This document shows positions 1-11,412 of a stretch of DNA of 64,000 nucleotides, in pieces. Positions within the stretch are counted from its first letter, which is position 1. The number at the start of each line of letters is the position of its first letter. The notes beneath the pieces were generated by a model. It was given only the letters and a program-made list of their open reading frames with translations, searched no databases and had not been told where the DNA came from. This stretch comes from Spirochaetota bacterium (GTDB taxonomy: Bacteria > Spirochaetota > UBA4802 > UBA5550): assembly GCA_040768125.1 (NCBI GenBank), contig JAXGNG010000001.1:118460-182459 (forward strand), read 5' to 3'. Made by a program: the position numbers and the translations under genes.

Positions 1-1202
1 CAACACGCCATCTCCGCAGTTACCTTCAGATAATTTTCAATCTATCGATCTCTTCAGCAGTATACCACCATAACCTAGAGCTGCCCGAATTCACTCCCTG
101 GATGGAAATTTCAATCCTGCCGGGTGAACCAGGAAGAGAAATGTTACTGACGTGTATGCTGCCTTTAGTTTTTTTCAGGCTCTTCTCAAGAAATATTAAC
201 GAATCCGACCGACCCGATACTCTGGTTAAAATAGTTTTAAGTTATTTTTTAACACCCCTCTGGATGATACCTGATTTTCGAATTATTTCGACTTCTCTTA
301 CGCAGGCTGAATTCAGAAAACTGCTGAACCATCTCCAAACAATGAACCTTCTTACCCCCTACCAAATATATCTTCTTACCCTTGCATTTCCGGACTTATC
401 AGGATCAATCAAAAGATCTCTATCGAAAAACAGTATTGAAGACGTTATTGCTTTGAAAAAAATCTCTGCAAAACTGAAGGTGGGAAAGCGTGACATAATT
501 GGAGGTATCTATTCCGTTGAGGAATCCCTCTTCTTTATTATCAATAGCGCACATGATTTCGAGTATTCTCTTTTCTTAAAAAGATTACAACGTCTGATAT
601 CCTTTACCAGGAACCTCATTGTCCTGTCACGAAAAGGATTCCGTGAACATATATCAGAAATGATAAATGAAAATCTCCTCCTGCCCGTGCTTTCCACTAT
701 TGAAGATCGCATTCTCGGGATGGCGTTTTCCATGGATTCTGAGCATTCATTCGAGCTGGCAAAATTCGGACTTTCGGACAGGAAACAACGGTATATTGCC
801 GGGTACATGAGTGACGAATACCTCTTCGTTGATGTACTCTCCGCCAGAGCAACGGTTCTCAAGAAATACCGTTCGCTTAAGATAAGAAAATCCGGCACGG
901 GGGAAGAACGCCTAGAATACCTGCTGTCATGTTTTCAGGAAACTGAAGATTACCAGAATCTTCTGCTCGCGGTTGGATGGTTTCAAATTTCCACGGCCAT
1001 GAAGGGATCACACCCCGGAATCGTCAACAAGCTGAAATCGCCTCTCCCCGAAGGAGCGCGTATCCTGATTGAAGATGTCCTTTCCGGCACCATCAATCCA
1101 AACATCATACATGATGAATGCCGTGTAAAAAAGGCCAAAAAAGCTTGTGTCGAAGCAATCCTTGATCTCTATGCAGAGGGTACCATTGCATTGCAATGCT
1201 GA
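1..1202 (+). CDS. hypothetical protein, N-terminus cut by the window edge
   Basis: The reading frame is open from position 3 with no stop before the first Met at 102. The ORF is 366 aa from that Met. I recognised no catalytic motifs. An internal antisense ORF (509-898) is ignored. Confidence 0.45.
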   Translation, partial: TRHLRSYLQIIFNLSISSAVYHHNLELPEFTPWMEISILPGEPGREMLLTCMLPLVFFRLFSRNINESDRPDTLVKIVLSYFLTPLWMIPDFRIISTSLTQAEFRKLLNHLQTMNLLTPYQIYLLTLAFPDLSGSIKRSLSKNSIEDVIALKKISAKLKVGKRDIIGGIYSVEESLFFIINSAHDFEYSLFLKRLQRLISFTRNLIVLSRKGFREHISEMINENLLLPVLSTIEDRILGMAFSMDSEHSFELAKFGLSDRKQRYIAGYMSDEYLFVDVLSARATVLKKYRSLKIRKSGTGEERLEYLLSCFQETEDYQNLLLAVGWFQISTAMKGSHPGIVNKLKSPLPEGARILIEDVLSGTINPNIIHDECRVKKAKKACVEAILDLYAEGTIALQC

Positions 1203-1266
1203 TACTTTTAGGTGAAATGTAGCGTAGAGCCCCCTTCAATAATGGCCTTTATACAAACAGACTGCG

Positions 1267-1542
1267 TTAATTATCAGAACCGGGCTGATCGGGACCGGAT
1301 CCTTTTGATTTGTCATTCAAATAATTCCCCAGCTTCTCCACCCCGTCCTTCAGTTCCTCGTATTCAGACACATTGAGGGTGACCCCTTTCTGTGTGGGTT
1401 TATAGACCATATCCCCCTGGGAGGAATCCATTGCCTGGTACCATATCCGTATATTGATCAGATCCCTCCCCTTAAATTCAGAAACCTCAATACGTATGAT
1501 TTCATTATTGTTCTTTTTTATATCCTTAATAATCACCGCCAT
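1267..1542 (-). CDS. PC4-like (transcriptional coactivator p15 / YdbC family) ssDNA-binding protein
   Basis: The motif IRIEVSEFKGRDLINIRIWY...KPTQKGVTLNVSEYEEL resembles the PC4 family (PF02229). A strong RBS (GAAGGAGG) lies 9 nt upstream of the ATG at 1542. The ORF-track start at 1575 is a TTG with no RBS and would overlap the upstream gene. Confidence 0.5.
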   Translation of the reverse strand: MAVIIKDIKKNNNEIIRIEVSEFKGRDLINIRIWYQAMDSSQGDMVYKPTQKGVTLNVSEYEELKDGVEKLGNYLNDKSKGSGPDQPGSDN

Positions 1543-1558
1543 TGCCCCTATTCCTCCT

Positions 1559-2122
1559 TCACTTGAAATCCTCAATTATTTTCATCAGTCCCCTCTCAAC
1601 CACTTCCGCGTATAGTTCATGACCCTCTTCATTGGGATACCTCTGGTCAACCTGTAAATATTCCTTTAAGGAGCGCCCCCTTGTTTCAACCGCACCCAGC
1701 CAGTAGAGATGTGTGGGAATAATCCCACAATGCAGATCTACAGCCACTTCACGAATCGCCCTGTAGTAAATGCTCACATCGCTCATTTCATGAGGATTAT
1801 CAAAGGGATGCGACGTCAATAATAGAATTTGCGAACCATGACTTTTTCTTGTTTTCCTGATGATCGTAACGAGGTTCTCCTTGAATTCAGAACGATACAC
1901 GGGGTGATAGGCATCATCAACACCAAAATGAAGGATCAGCACATCATGAAAGTATGCGTCAATATCGCTGTCGAAAGTCCATACGCCCTGGAATGATGTA
2001 TCCCTGTACCTCGAGTTGTTAATCACGTCCACACCGGGCAAACGTTCTCTGAGCATATCAACGTAATTCCGTTTCACCGAATAGCCGTATGCGATACTAC
2101 CTCCCCGCACGAGTATTTTCAT
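1559..2122 (-). CDS. SGNH/GDSL-family hydrolase (esterase/lipase-like)
   Basis: Block I GGSIAYG contains the candidate nucleophilic Ser. A GVDDA block (GxND-like) and a C-terminal NEEGHE block (candidate Asp/His) are present, with a His near the C-terminus. Length is 187 aa. Confidence 0.45.
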   Translation of the reverse strand: MKILVRGGSIAYGYSVKRNYVDMLRERLPGVDVINNSRYRDTSFQGVWTFDSDIDAYFHDVLILHFGVDDAYHPVYRSEFKENLVTIIRKTRKSHGSQILLLTSHPFDNPHEMSDVSIYYRAIREVAVDLHCGIIPTHLYWLGAVETRGRSLKEYLQVDQRYPNEEGHELYAEVVERGLMKIIEDFK

Positions 2123-2188
2123 TTACTTTAATCCCCGACCATTTACTTCGATGCGTACTACGCATTTTACTATGGGCATGCAAGACAA

Positions 2189-3196
2189 TTATTGGCAATA
2201 CCCCCGAGCAATTGAGTAAATGACCCTGTCATACATGAAGATAATTCTGTTGTTCAGCTCCAGAGTTGCATATATTTCTAGCGGAGAAGCAAGTATCTTT
2301 TTCCTTATTACGTGCATCCATATCGACTTCCTGCTCAATGCAAGCGCTATCAAGAGATCCGGAAGAGGTACTCCTTCATTATTAAGGGTTTTTCCCAACA
2401 TCTCGAATTCCGATACATCACTTGGTTGAACCGATGCCTGCAAACTAGTTTGTAGCATCGTAAGGACTCTTCCATGAAGTTCGATGATTTTATCAAAGAA
2501 TTCTTTCAGTTGTGGTACCTTTATCATCGTTTCAGAAGACCACGTCTCAGTTATCTCCTCGTTGTCTGTGCTTATCATTCGTATCAGAACATTGGACAAC
2601 AGCCTTTTTTGTTCATCCTTTTCCTGCGCGAGGGAGGGTACGGCATCAATATCCGGATAGAGGCGCCGGAAGGAATCGACCATGGCCCATGTATCTCGAT
2701 TATTCTCGATATATAACCGGATAGCCTTTTCATTCGAGGCCCACGCCAGTTTCGGGATCTTTTCTATCGGGAAATACCTTGCCTCTACCGCATCGTCGCC
2801 TGGGCATACCTCTCCCCCGGTCCTTTCTACCTCATATGTCACAATGGCGAGACTGCCGTAAAAATAATTCTCCACGGTGTCAACGTCAATGAGCCGTAAA
2901 ATCTTACCCGTAATGCCGGCCTCCTCCTGGAGTTCTCTCAGGGCCGCCTCATGTACCTCCTCCCCCGATTCAGCGAAACCAATGGGAAGACACCACATTC
3001 CTTTATAGGGATCTTTCTTTCTTTTAACAAGTAGGACCTCCCGGTCATCATTGACAACGATGGTGCTTGCAACCGGCAGGGGATTTTCATAATAAAACGC
3101 GTTACACATGGAACAGTATTCCCTCATTTTGCCGTCCTGTTCCCTGATCGTGAGGGCCTTTCCGCAGTATGAGCAATACAGTCGTTTCTTTTTCAT
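2189..3196 (-). CDS. Zn-ribbon + Nudix hydrolase (NudC-like architecture) with a C-terminal ~170-aa domain of unknown function
   Basis: The N-terminal CxxC...CxxC (CSYCG...CSMCN) is followed by the Nudix box GFAESGEEVHEAALRELQEEAGI. The C-terminal half (about aa 165-335) has no motif I recognise. Confidence 0.7.
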   Translation of the reverse strand: MKKKRLYCSYCGKALTIREQDGKMREYCSMCNAFYYENPLPVASTIVVNDDREVLLVKRKKDPYKGMWCLPIGFAESGEEVHEAALRELQEEAGITGKILRLIDVDTVENYFYGSLAIVTYEVERTGGEVCPGDDAVEARYFPIEKIPKLAWASNEKAIRLYIENNRDTWAMVDSFRRLYPDIDAVPSLAQEKDEQKRLLSNVLIRMISTDNEEITETWSSETMIKVPQLKEFFDKIIELHGRVLTMLQTSLQASVQPSDVSEFEMLGKTLNNEGVPLPDLLIALALSRKSIWMHVIRKKILASPLEIYATLELNNRIIFMYDRVIYSIARGYCQ

Positions 3197-3209
3197 GAGC
3201 CCGGAATTT

Positions 3210-4076
3210 TCATCTCACTGGTAGATAGCATCGAAAAACCGCATCATCCTTGTTCAATGAAAATGCTCCTTTTATGTTAGAGTATTCGACAATTTTTTTT
3301 TCAACTGATTTTGTAACACGCATCATCATTTCAGTATCCATTGTAGTAGCATCTCGATAAATAAGATTTTGCTTCTGGCGCAAATAAAAAAATAAATCAT
3401 GAAGCTTTTCAATTGGAAAGATCATTGAATTACGATAGTCAATCCGCTCTACCTTTCGAAAATGTGGCTTCAATATCTCGATGCCTTCTTCAAGGGGAAA
3501 GGTAGTAAACAGTTTTCCGATTGCAGACCCTCCCGGTTCTCCAATGCCGTGCAGTTCCATACATTCATCAATAATTTCAATTACTTCGCACAGCGTTTTT
3601 CTGCTGTGCGTGATGGCAATAAAGATTCCATTTGCCGTAAGCAGTCTCGATATTTTCGGAATCAGGTGAGGAAAAAAATACAATGAATAACTAGCAACAA
3701 TACAATCGCTGGAGGATTCTTCCATTGATTCTATTACATCCGCATTGCCCGCGATAAACTCACCCCTGTACCCAATAGACGCCACGGAATGAAGAAATGG
3801 CTCCCTGTTTTTCTCCACCATATCAATGCCGACAATAACCGCATTCTCGTGGAGAAGACCCTTCATCTTTTCAATAAAAAATCCATAGCCACATCCAAGT
3901 TCAATCACCCTTTTACTTTCATGCAAATTCACGCCCTCTAGTGCTTTACGGCGAATATCAGACTTATTCGTTGAATATGCCTTAATGATATACCGCGTAA
4001 TGAGCAGTTCATGAACCTTCTCGTAGGTCTGGACGATCTCATCGGGGGAATAAATGATTTTAGATCCTAATGTCAT
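3210..4076 (-). CDS. class I SAM-dependent methyltransferase
   Basis: Motif I VIELGCGYGFF, an acidic post-I residue (VGIDM), and 288 aa. It is the first gene of a co-directional 4-gene cluster with only 13-66 bp spacers. Confidence 0.65.
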   Translation of the reverse strand: MTLGSKIIYSPDEIVQTYEKVHELLITRYIIKAYSTNKSDIRRKALEGVNLHESKRVIELGCGYGFFIEKMKGLLHENAVIVGIDMVEKNREPFLHSVASIGYRGEFIAGNADVIESMEESSSDCIVASYSLYFFPHLIPKISRLLTANGIFIAITHSRKTLCEVIEIIDECMELHGIGEPGGSAIGKLFTTFPLEEGIEILKPHFRKVERIDYRNSMIFPIEKLHDLFFYLRQKQNLIYRDATTMDTEMMMRVTKSVEKKIVEYSNIKGAFSLNKDDAVFRCYLPVR

Positions 4077-4348
4077 GATCCCAACAAATCATGTAGCAAC
4101 GTAACTCTTTCCACTTTCGTCTGATGCGGTAGAAAATAAATCTTCTGGTGCGCATTTGCAAGTAGATTATTCATTCAGTCTTGTGAATACTCCACCATGA
4201 GCACCCTTTGCAATATTCTTCAATATATAATCCATTCTCAAAAACCAATACATCGTCTAATTTTTTTTCATTTGCTTATACAGCAGACTTATTGTAATTA
4301 AAATATAAAATTTTATACATGTATCGTCATGGAAAACCATCTAAATAA

Positions 4349-4370
4349 TCTATTCACAATCTATTCACAA
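4349..4370. repeat. tandem 11-bp direct repeat TCTATTCACAA x2 (DnaA-box-like, cTATtCACA)
   Basis: Read directly from the sequence. Each copy has 2 mismatches to TTATCCACA, one of them at the permissive 5th position. A nearby motif CATGTTATTA(A/T)C is also repeated at 4377-4390 and 4409-4422. Confidence 0.5.
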
Positions 4371-4806
4371 TTATTAGCATGTTATTAACAATTAATTCTT
4401 GATATTAACATGTTATTATCCAATTATTAAGAATTTTCAAAATTTTTTTCTAAGTATATTACTGCCCAGATTAATTGATTGCCAAAAAAAAATAAGCTTT
4501 TATGTTACACGACATAATATTGATTAATATGCGTACAATGGATTATCATCTCTTAAAGAAAATGAATTTCATTTCGAAGAGACGTTTCCACAAGATATCC
4601 TTAATGCGTTAATTACGTTACCATGATTTTCACTGAAAATCGAATATCGTAATTATAGTTTTTGTATTCCGTGAAATGCCGTGCCTTGGATTATTCGTCC
4701 AGTTTGTTAATAAGGAGCACAAATATCTTTAATTATATTGTATTTTGTTTAATAAAATTAATAATACTGAACATTAATATACTTATACACAAAGTTATTA
4801 ACATTT

Positions 4807-4815
4807 GTGGATAAC
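4807..4815. promoter_or_regulatory. DnaA box, perfect consensus TGTGGATAA (reverse complement TTATCCACA), 15 bp upstream of the dnaA start
   Basis: Exact 9-mer match. Its position immediately upstream of the dnaA GTG start suggests an autoregulatory or origin site. Confidence 0.7.
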
Positions 4816-4829
4816 TGGAGGGAATTGTT

Positions 4830-6179
4830 GTGCCCAGGGAATTATGGAATAATGTACTTCAGTCTCTTGAATCAAGTATAAATCGTCAATCATTCAATAT
4901 GTGGTTAAAAGATACTGAGCCTTTATCACTTAAAGATGAAATATTGAAAATAAAAGTCGTTGACGAGGTAACCAGGAGGCATATTTCAGAACAGTACATG
5001 CCCCAGATTTCGTCAAAACTCAGGGAAATTACCGGAAAAAATTTTTCCTGTGAATTTATTATTTCAAATGGATTCGCTTCAAACCGTCATCAGGAAGACC
5101 CTGTTTCAGGACAGTCCACCCCATCAACTTTGTTCATGAGAGATACAATAGCTCCAGTGTCGCCTTTGAATCCCAAGTACACGTTTGATAACTTCGTTGT
5201 GGGTCCCAATAACCAATATGCCCATGCTGCATCATATTCCGTATCCCAGGCACCCGGAACCCAGGTTAACCCTCTTTTCATCTATGGCTCTACCGGTCTT
5301 GGAAAAACGCACCTTCTTCAGGCTATTGGGCATTACATAAATAAGGAAAAGCCCTATCTAAAGGTATTGTTTGTATCAACCCAAAATTTTCTGGCAGAAT
5401 TTGTTAATTCAATTCGTAGTGGAACTCAGGCGAGTTTTCAAATCAAATATCGTCATGTTGATATTCTGTTAATAGACGATATTCAATTCCTGGAAAACAA
5501 AGAAGAGACGCAGAACGAGTTTTTTCATGTATTTAATTCTCTCCATGAAAATAAAAAACAGATTGTTATTTCAAGCGATCGTCCGCCCAAACAAATTTCC
5601 ACGCTGGCCGATCGTTTACGTACCCGTTTCGAATGGGGCATGATTACCGATATACAACCCCCGAATCTTGAAACAAGAGAGGCAATACTGAGAGATAAGG
5701 CCGATAAGGAAAAAATCGTTATATCAGATGAGGCCTTCAACTATATTGCCAGGCGTATCAAATCAAACATCCGGGCTCTCGAATCAGCGGTCAGCAAACT
5801 TAAAATGATATCCATGTTTAAAAACGAGCAAATATCAATAGACGACGTAAAAGTTAATCTTAAGGAACTCTTCGATGTTGATTCAAATAAAATGGTTTCA
5901 ATGATCGAAATAATGAATAAGGTCGCAGAGAAATTCAATGTATCGGTTGAAGAACTTAAATCAAAGAGCAGACACAGCCGCATTGTTCAACCAAGATTTA
6001 TAGGGATTTATCTTGCCCGTGAACTGGCCGGAATGACAACTACTGATATAGGCAGAGAATTCGGAGATCGTGATCACTCCACCGTTATCAATGCCTGTAA
6101 TAAAATAAGCGAGGACATGAAACGCGATACTGAGTTTAAGGAATTCATCAGTGATTTAATCTTCGAACTAAAGGGTTAA
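4830..6179 (+). CDS. dnaA: chromosomal replication initiator protein DnaA
   Basis: Walker A GSTGLGKTHLLQAIG. AAA+ sensor motifs LLIDDIQFL and RFEWGM. C-terminal domain IV (RHSRIVQPRFIGIYLAREL...HSTVINACNKI). GTG start. 449 aa. Confidence 0.95.
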   Translation: MPRELWNNVLQSLESSINRQSFNMWLKDTEPLSLKDEILKIKVVDEVTRRHISEQYMPQISSKLREITGKNFSCEFIISNGFASNRHQEDPVSGQSTPSTLFMRDTIAPVSPLNPKYTFDNFVVGPNNQYAHAASYSVSQAPGTQVNPLFIYGSTGLGKTHLLQAIGHYINKEKPYLKVLFVSTQNFLAEFVNSIRSGTQASFQIKYRHVDILLIDDIQFLENKEETQNEFFHVFNSLHENKKQIVISSDRPPKQISTLADRLRTRFEWGMITDIQPPNLETREAILRDKADKEKIVISDEAFNYIARRIKSNIRALESAVSKLKMISMFKNEQISIDDVKVNLKELFDVDSNKMVSMIEIMNKVAEKFNVSVEELKSKSRHSRIVQPRFIGIYLARELAGMTTTDIGREFGDRDHSTVINACNKISEDMKRDTEFKEFISDLIFELKG

Positions 6180-6424
6180 TTCATTGTGATTTGCACCTTC
6201 GCGGTGTGTTAATATCTTTGTATAAGTTCTCATTAGTTTTACCGTTTTGTTTGTTTATCTTATTTCGAAATTTTTTAATTATTGTTTACGCGTAGCTATC
6301 AACAATAATACTTTTTTTAGTTACTGATTATTTCAGTGGTTATCATGTTATCAACATAATTTCGTCTCTACTACTACCACTGATTAATTATATATTTTTT
6401 TTTTTGTTATAGAAGGAGTTCATC
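6180..6424. other. dnaA-dnaN intergenic AT-rich region with DnaA-box-like sites (second half of a bipartite origin?)
   Basis: 245 bp and AT-rich. TTATCAACA at 6348-6356 has 1 mismatch. CTATCAACA at 6296-6304 has 2 mismatches. A T-tract lies at 6395-6408. Confidence 0.4.
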
Positions 6425-7558
6425 ATGGTCATCAAGATCGCTAAAGAATCTTTACAGAAATCCATAACTATCGCAGACTCGATCATCTCTTCAAAAAATA
6501 TCAATACTATCATTGGGAATTGTCTTTTCAATGTTTCCAAGAACAACATTGAAATTGTATCCACCGACAATGAAATAGCGGTCCGTACTAAAGTCGGAGC
6601 CACTTCCGACAAATCGATCTCCTTCGCAGTCAACGGGAAGAAATTTGCCAGTATTTTAAAAGAGCTGCCCAATGACGAACTTTCTATTACAGTAACCGAT
6701 TCGTTGCTTATTGATATCAAATCGAATTCGAAAAAATTGACGGGTCATTATACGCTTGTGGGAATAAATCCGGAAGAATATCCAGATATCCCGCGTTTCA
6801 GGGATGAAAATGCACTGGAAATCGATCAGTCCACTTTAAAGGACATGATACGAAGGGTGGTATACGCGGCATCAAGTGATTCAATTAAACCCGTTTTCAA
6901 TGGTGTTTTTTTCATATCCGATGAAAAGGGAAAGGTAACATCTGTTGCAACGGATTCCAGAAGGCTTGCCCTTACAAGAAAAGAGGTTAAAAACACCATT
7001 GATTTTGGTGAAGGAATTATCATTCCATTAAAGACGGTTAATGAGATATACCGTTTACTGGAAAGCACCGGGACATGTGCATTTTCTTTCAATGACTCTC
7101 AGTGCTTTTTCAAAATTGGAGATACCGAGGTAATATCAAGGATTGTTGATGGCCAGTTTCCCAATTACCGACAGGTACTTCCAAAAGAATATATGTTTGA
7201 GATGGAGATTGAGACGCGCAGGCTTCTTGATTCAGTAAAGCGCGCCATGGTATTTACACGGGAGCCCGCAAACAAGGTGATAATCAATATCGCGGGAAAC
7301 CGAATAGTTATCCAGGCGAGTACACCGGAGCTGGGAGAAGCCGAGGAGGAAATTGAAGTCAAGTCGAAGAAAGAGGAAAAGATATCACTTGGAATTAATG
7401 CTCAATTTCTCCTGGATGCACTCAAGGAAATTGATACTGAACAAATAGTGTGTGGTGTTACGGGTGAGATGAGTCCCGTTTCAATATCGCCAAAGGGTGA
7501 TGATAATTCTATTTCGATAATTATGCCTATACAGATAAAGGCTTCTCAAAATGAATAA
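6425..7558 (+). CDS. dnaN: DNA polymerase III beta sliding clamp
   Basis: 377 aa with three-domain beta-clamp architecture. It sits directly downstream of dnaA. Typical residues include ...QFPNYRQVLP... Confidence 0.95.
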   Translation: MVIKIAKESLQKSITIADSIISSKNINTIIGNCLFNVSKNNIEIVSTDNEIAVRTKVGATSDKSISFAVNGKKFASILKELPNDELSITVTDSLLIDIKSNSKKLTGHYTLVGINPEEYPDIPRFRDENALEIDQSTLKDMIRRVVYAASSDSIKPVFNGVFFISDEKGKVTSVATDSRRLALTRKEVKNTIDFGEGIIIPLKTVNEIYRLLESTGTCAFSFNDSQCFFKIGDTEVISRIVDGQFPNYRQVLPKEYMFEMEIETRRLLDSVKRAMVFTREPANKVIINIAGNRIVIQASTPELGEAEEEIEVKSKKEEKISLGINAQFLLDALKEIDTEQIVCGVTGEMSPVSISPKGDDNSISIIMPIQIKASQNE

Positions 7559-8724
7559 TGAACGGATTCGCGTTTGGTAGTATAGTCAGATTGATACCTG
7601 GAAATGATGCATGCATGTTTATTCGGGATCTCACAGTCAGAAATTTCAGAAACTATTCGGAATTGCGGCTTTCCTTTTCACCCGAGATTAATTTTATTAT
7701 CGGGAAAAATGGAGTGGGAAAAACGAACATCCTTGAAGCAATCGCAATCGCTTCAAATATTAAAACGTTCAGAAATATACATGATTCCGAAATAATCAAA
7801 TGGCATGAAAAAGCCTATTATTGTTCAATAACAACTGGGTCAAGCGATGATGGTCTTTTTGAGGTTGGTTGCATACGGCTTAACAATTCCGTAAAAAAAA
7901 AGCTGAAAATTGACGGTAAGGAGATATCAACTGCAGCTGAGTACTACGGACGTCTGCTTACTGTAATTCTGTCACCCAATGATATCACAATTATCAATGG
8001 TACTCCGGATATCCGCAGAAGATTCTTTGACGGGGCGATTTCGAAAATTGATGGAGGATATTTCAGAGTCCTTGGTGATTTTAAAAGGGTTCTCGCCTCA
8101 AGAAATCGATTATTAAAACATTCAAAGAATAGTGTGCGTGATATCCGTCAGCTTGATGCGTGGGATCAAATTTTTAGCGAGAAAGCAAGTGTACTGGTAA
8201 AAAAGCGCAGTGCCTTTACGGAGCACTATAACCAGATATTCCAAAAACATTATTCGGATATTGCAGGCGATGATCTCGTTCCTTCCATACGTTACCAGGG
8301 AAGCTGTGAATCCGGCGATCCGGAATGTATTTACCAGAGCCTTGTCATGGTTCGTGAAAGGGATACGATCCTTGGCATGACATCAATAGGTCCACAGCGT
8401 GATGAATATATCATCGAAAATGATGCAGGGGTGAAATTCATTCACTACGCTTCTCAGGGTCAGAGAAGAACTGCCGCAGTGGCGTTAAAAGTGGCTGAAT
8501 GCCTTATTATTGAGGAGGAAAAGGGGAAAAAAGCGGTGATTCTTGTGGATGATATTTTTTCCGAGCTTGATGATACACGAAAATCGAGAGTGATAGATTT
8601 ACTGAGGAGAGGGAACCAGATTATTTTTACCATGGTTCACTATGACCCTGAGAACTTAAGCCGGTTTGGTCATCACAAAGGAATCCTTGTTTCTGGAAAT
8701 GGCGATGTAACAGAATTAATGTAA
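7558..8724 (+). CDS. recF: DNA replication and repair protein RecF
   Basis: Walker A GKNGVGKTNILEAI, the ABC signature region, and a Walker B/D-loop ILVDDIFSELD. The ATG at 7558 overlaps the dnaN stop by 1 nt. An alternative ATG at 7610 (MFIRDLTVRNFRNY) gives the canonical RecF N-terminus. Confidence 0.9.
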   Translation: MNGFAFGSIVRLIPGNDACMFIRDLTVRNFRNYSELRLSFSPEINFIIGKNGVGKTNILEAIAIASNIKTFRNIHDSEIIKWHEKAYYCSITTGSSDDGLFEVGCIRLNNSVKKKLKIDGKEISTAAEYYGRLLTVILSPNDITIINGTPDIRRRFFDGAISKIDGGYFRVLGDFKRVLASRNRLLKHSKNSVRDIRQLDAWDQIFSEKASVLVKKRSAFTEHYNQIFQKHYSDIAGDDLVPSIRYQGSCESGDPECIYQSLVMVRERDTILGMTSIGPQRDEYIIENDAGVKFIHYASQGQRRTAAVALKVAECLIIEEEKGKKAVILVDDIFSELDDTRKSRVIDLLRRGNQIIFTMVHYDPENLSRFGHHKGILVSGNGDVTELM

Positions 8725-8824
8725 AAAACCGCGCACAATAAGGGAAGGTGGCTGCAGATATATCGGTTAATAACTTCCTGTCTCAACCGGTTTTAATTAC
8801 AATACATGAGATGATAAAAAATAG

Positions 8825-9154
8825 ATGAAATTCAGAATCGGAAAAAAAAGAAAAAATATGGCCCTTACCTTCGGAGAGATTCTTCCTGATATTATCAAGG
8901 AATATAATATGGAAAAGTCGTTTACAATTGAATTATTGACATCAAAATGGTATTCCATTGTTGGAGACATAATATCCACACACAGTATGCCGGACAGGCT
9001 GTTTAAAAACATACTGTACGTTGCGGCGGATCACTCGGTGTATGCAGGGGAGATCTCCGGAATCAAGGAAGATATCATGGGACTGATCAACGAGATGTTT
9101 CCCCATCTTTGCCTCAAGGATATAAGGATAGAGATAAAACCCCTACGCTGGTGA
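8825..9154 (+). CDS. DUF721 / DciA-like protein (putative replicative-helicase operator)
   Basis: About 100 aa lying between recF and gyrB, the conserved position of DUF721 genes. The pattern ...FGEILPDIIK...W..IVGDIISTHSMPDRLFKNILYVAADHSVYAGEIS...KEDIMGLINEMFP...IRIEIKPL fits DUF721. The start may instead be at 8858. Confidence 0.6.
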   Translation: MKFRIGKKRKNMALTFGEILPDIIKEYNMEKSFTIELLTSKWYSIVGDIISTHSMPDRLFKNILYVAADHSVYAGEISGIKEDIMGLINEMFPHLCLKDIRIEIKPLRW

Positions 9155-9164
9155 GGCAAAAGAG

Positions 9165-11301
<2,137 letters not shown>

Positions 11302-11412
11302 CGGCATAACCAGGGCGCTAAGAAGATGATGTGATTATTTCAAAACCTGTTTTCTTTTTTGGTTAAGGACAATGATGGTTGTTTAAAAGTACAACATTCG
11401 GAGCACTAGATC

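Larger units (their letters stand above)
4077..4829. other. oriC-type replication origin region upstream of dnaA (AT-rich, DnaA-box cluster, candidate unwinding element)
   Basis: A 753-bp non-coding, very AT-rich stretch (for example 4201-4330 and 4700-4800). It holds a perfect DnaA box at 4807-4815. Degenerate boxes are TGTGAATAC at 4182-4190, CTATTCACA x2 at 4350-4369, TTATTAACA at 4382-4390 and TTATCCAAT at 4416-4424. Confidence 0.6.
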
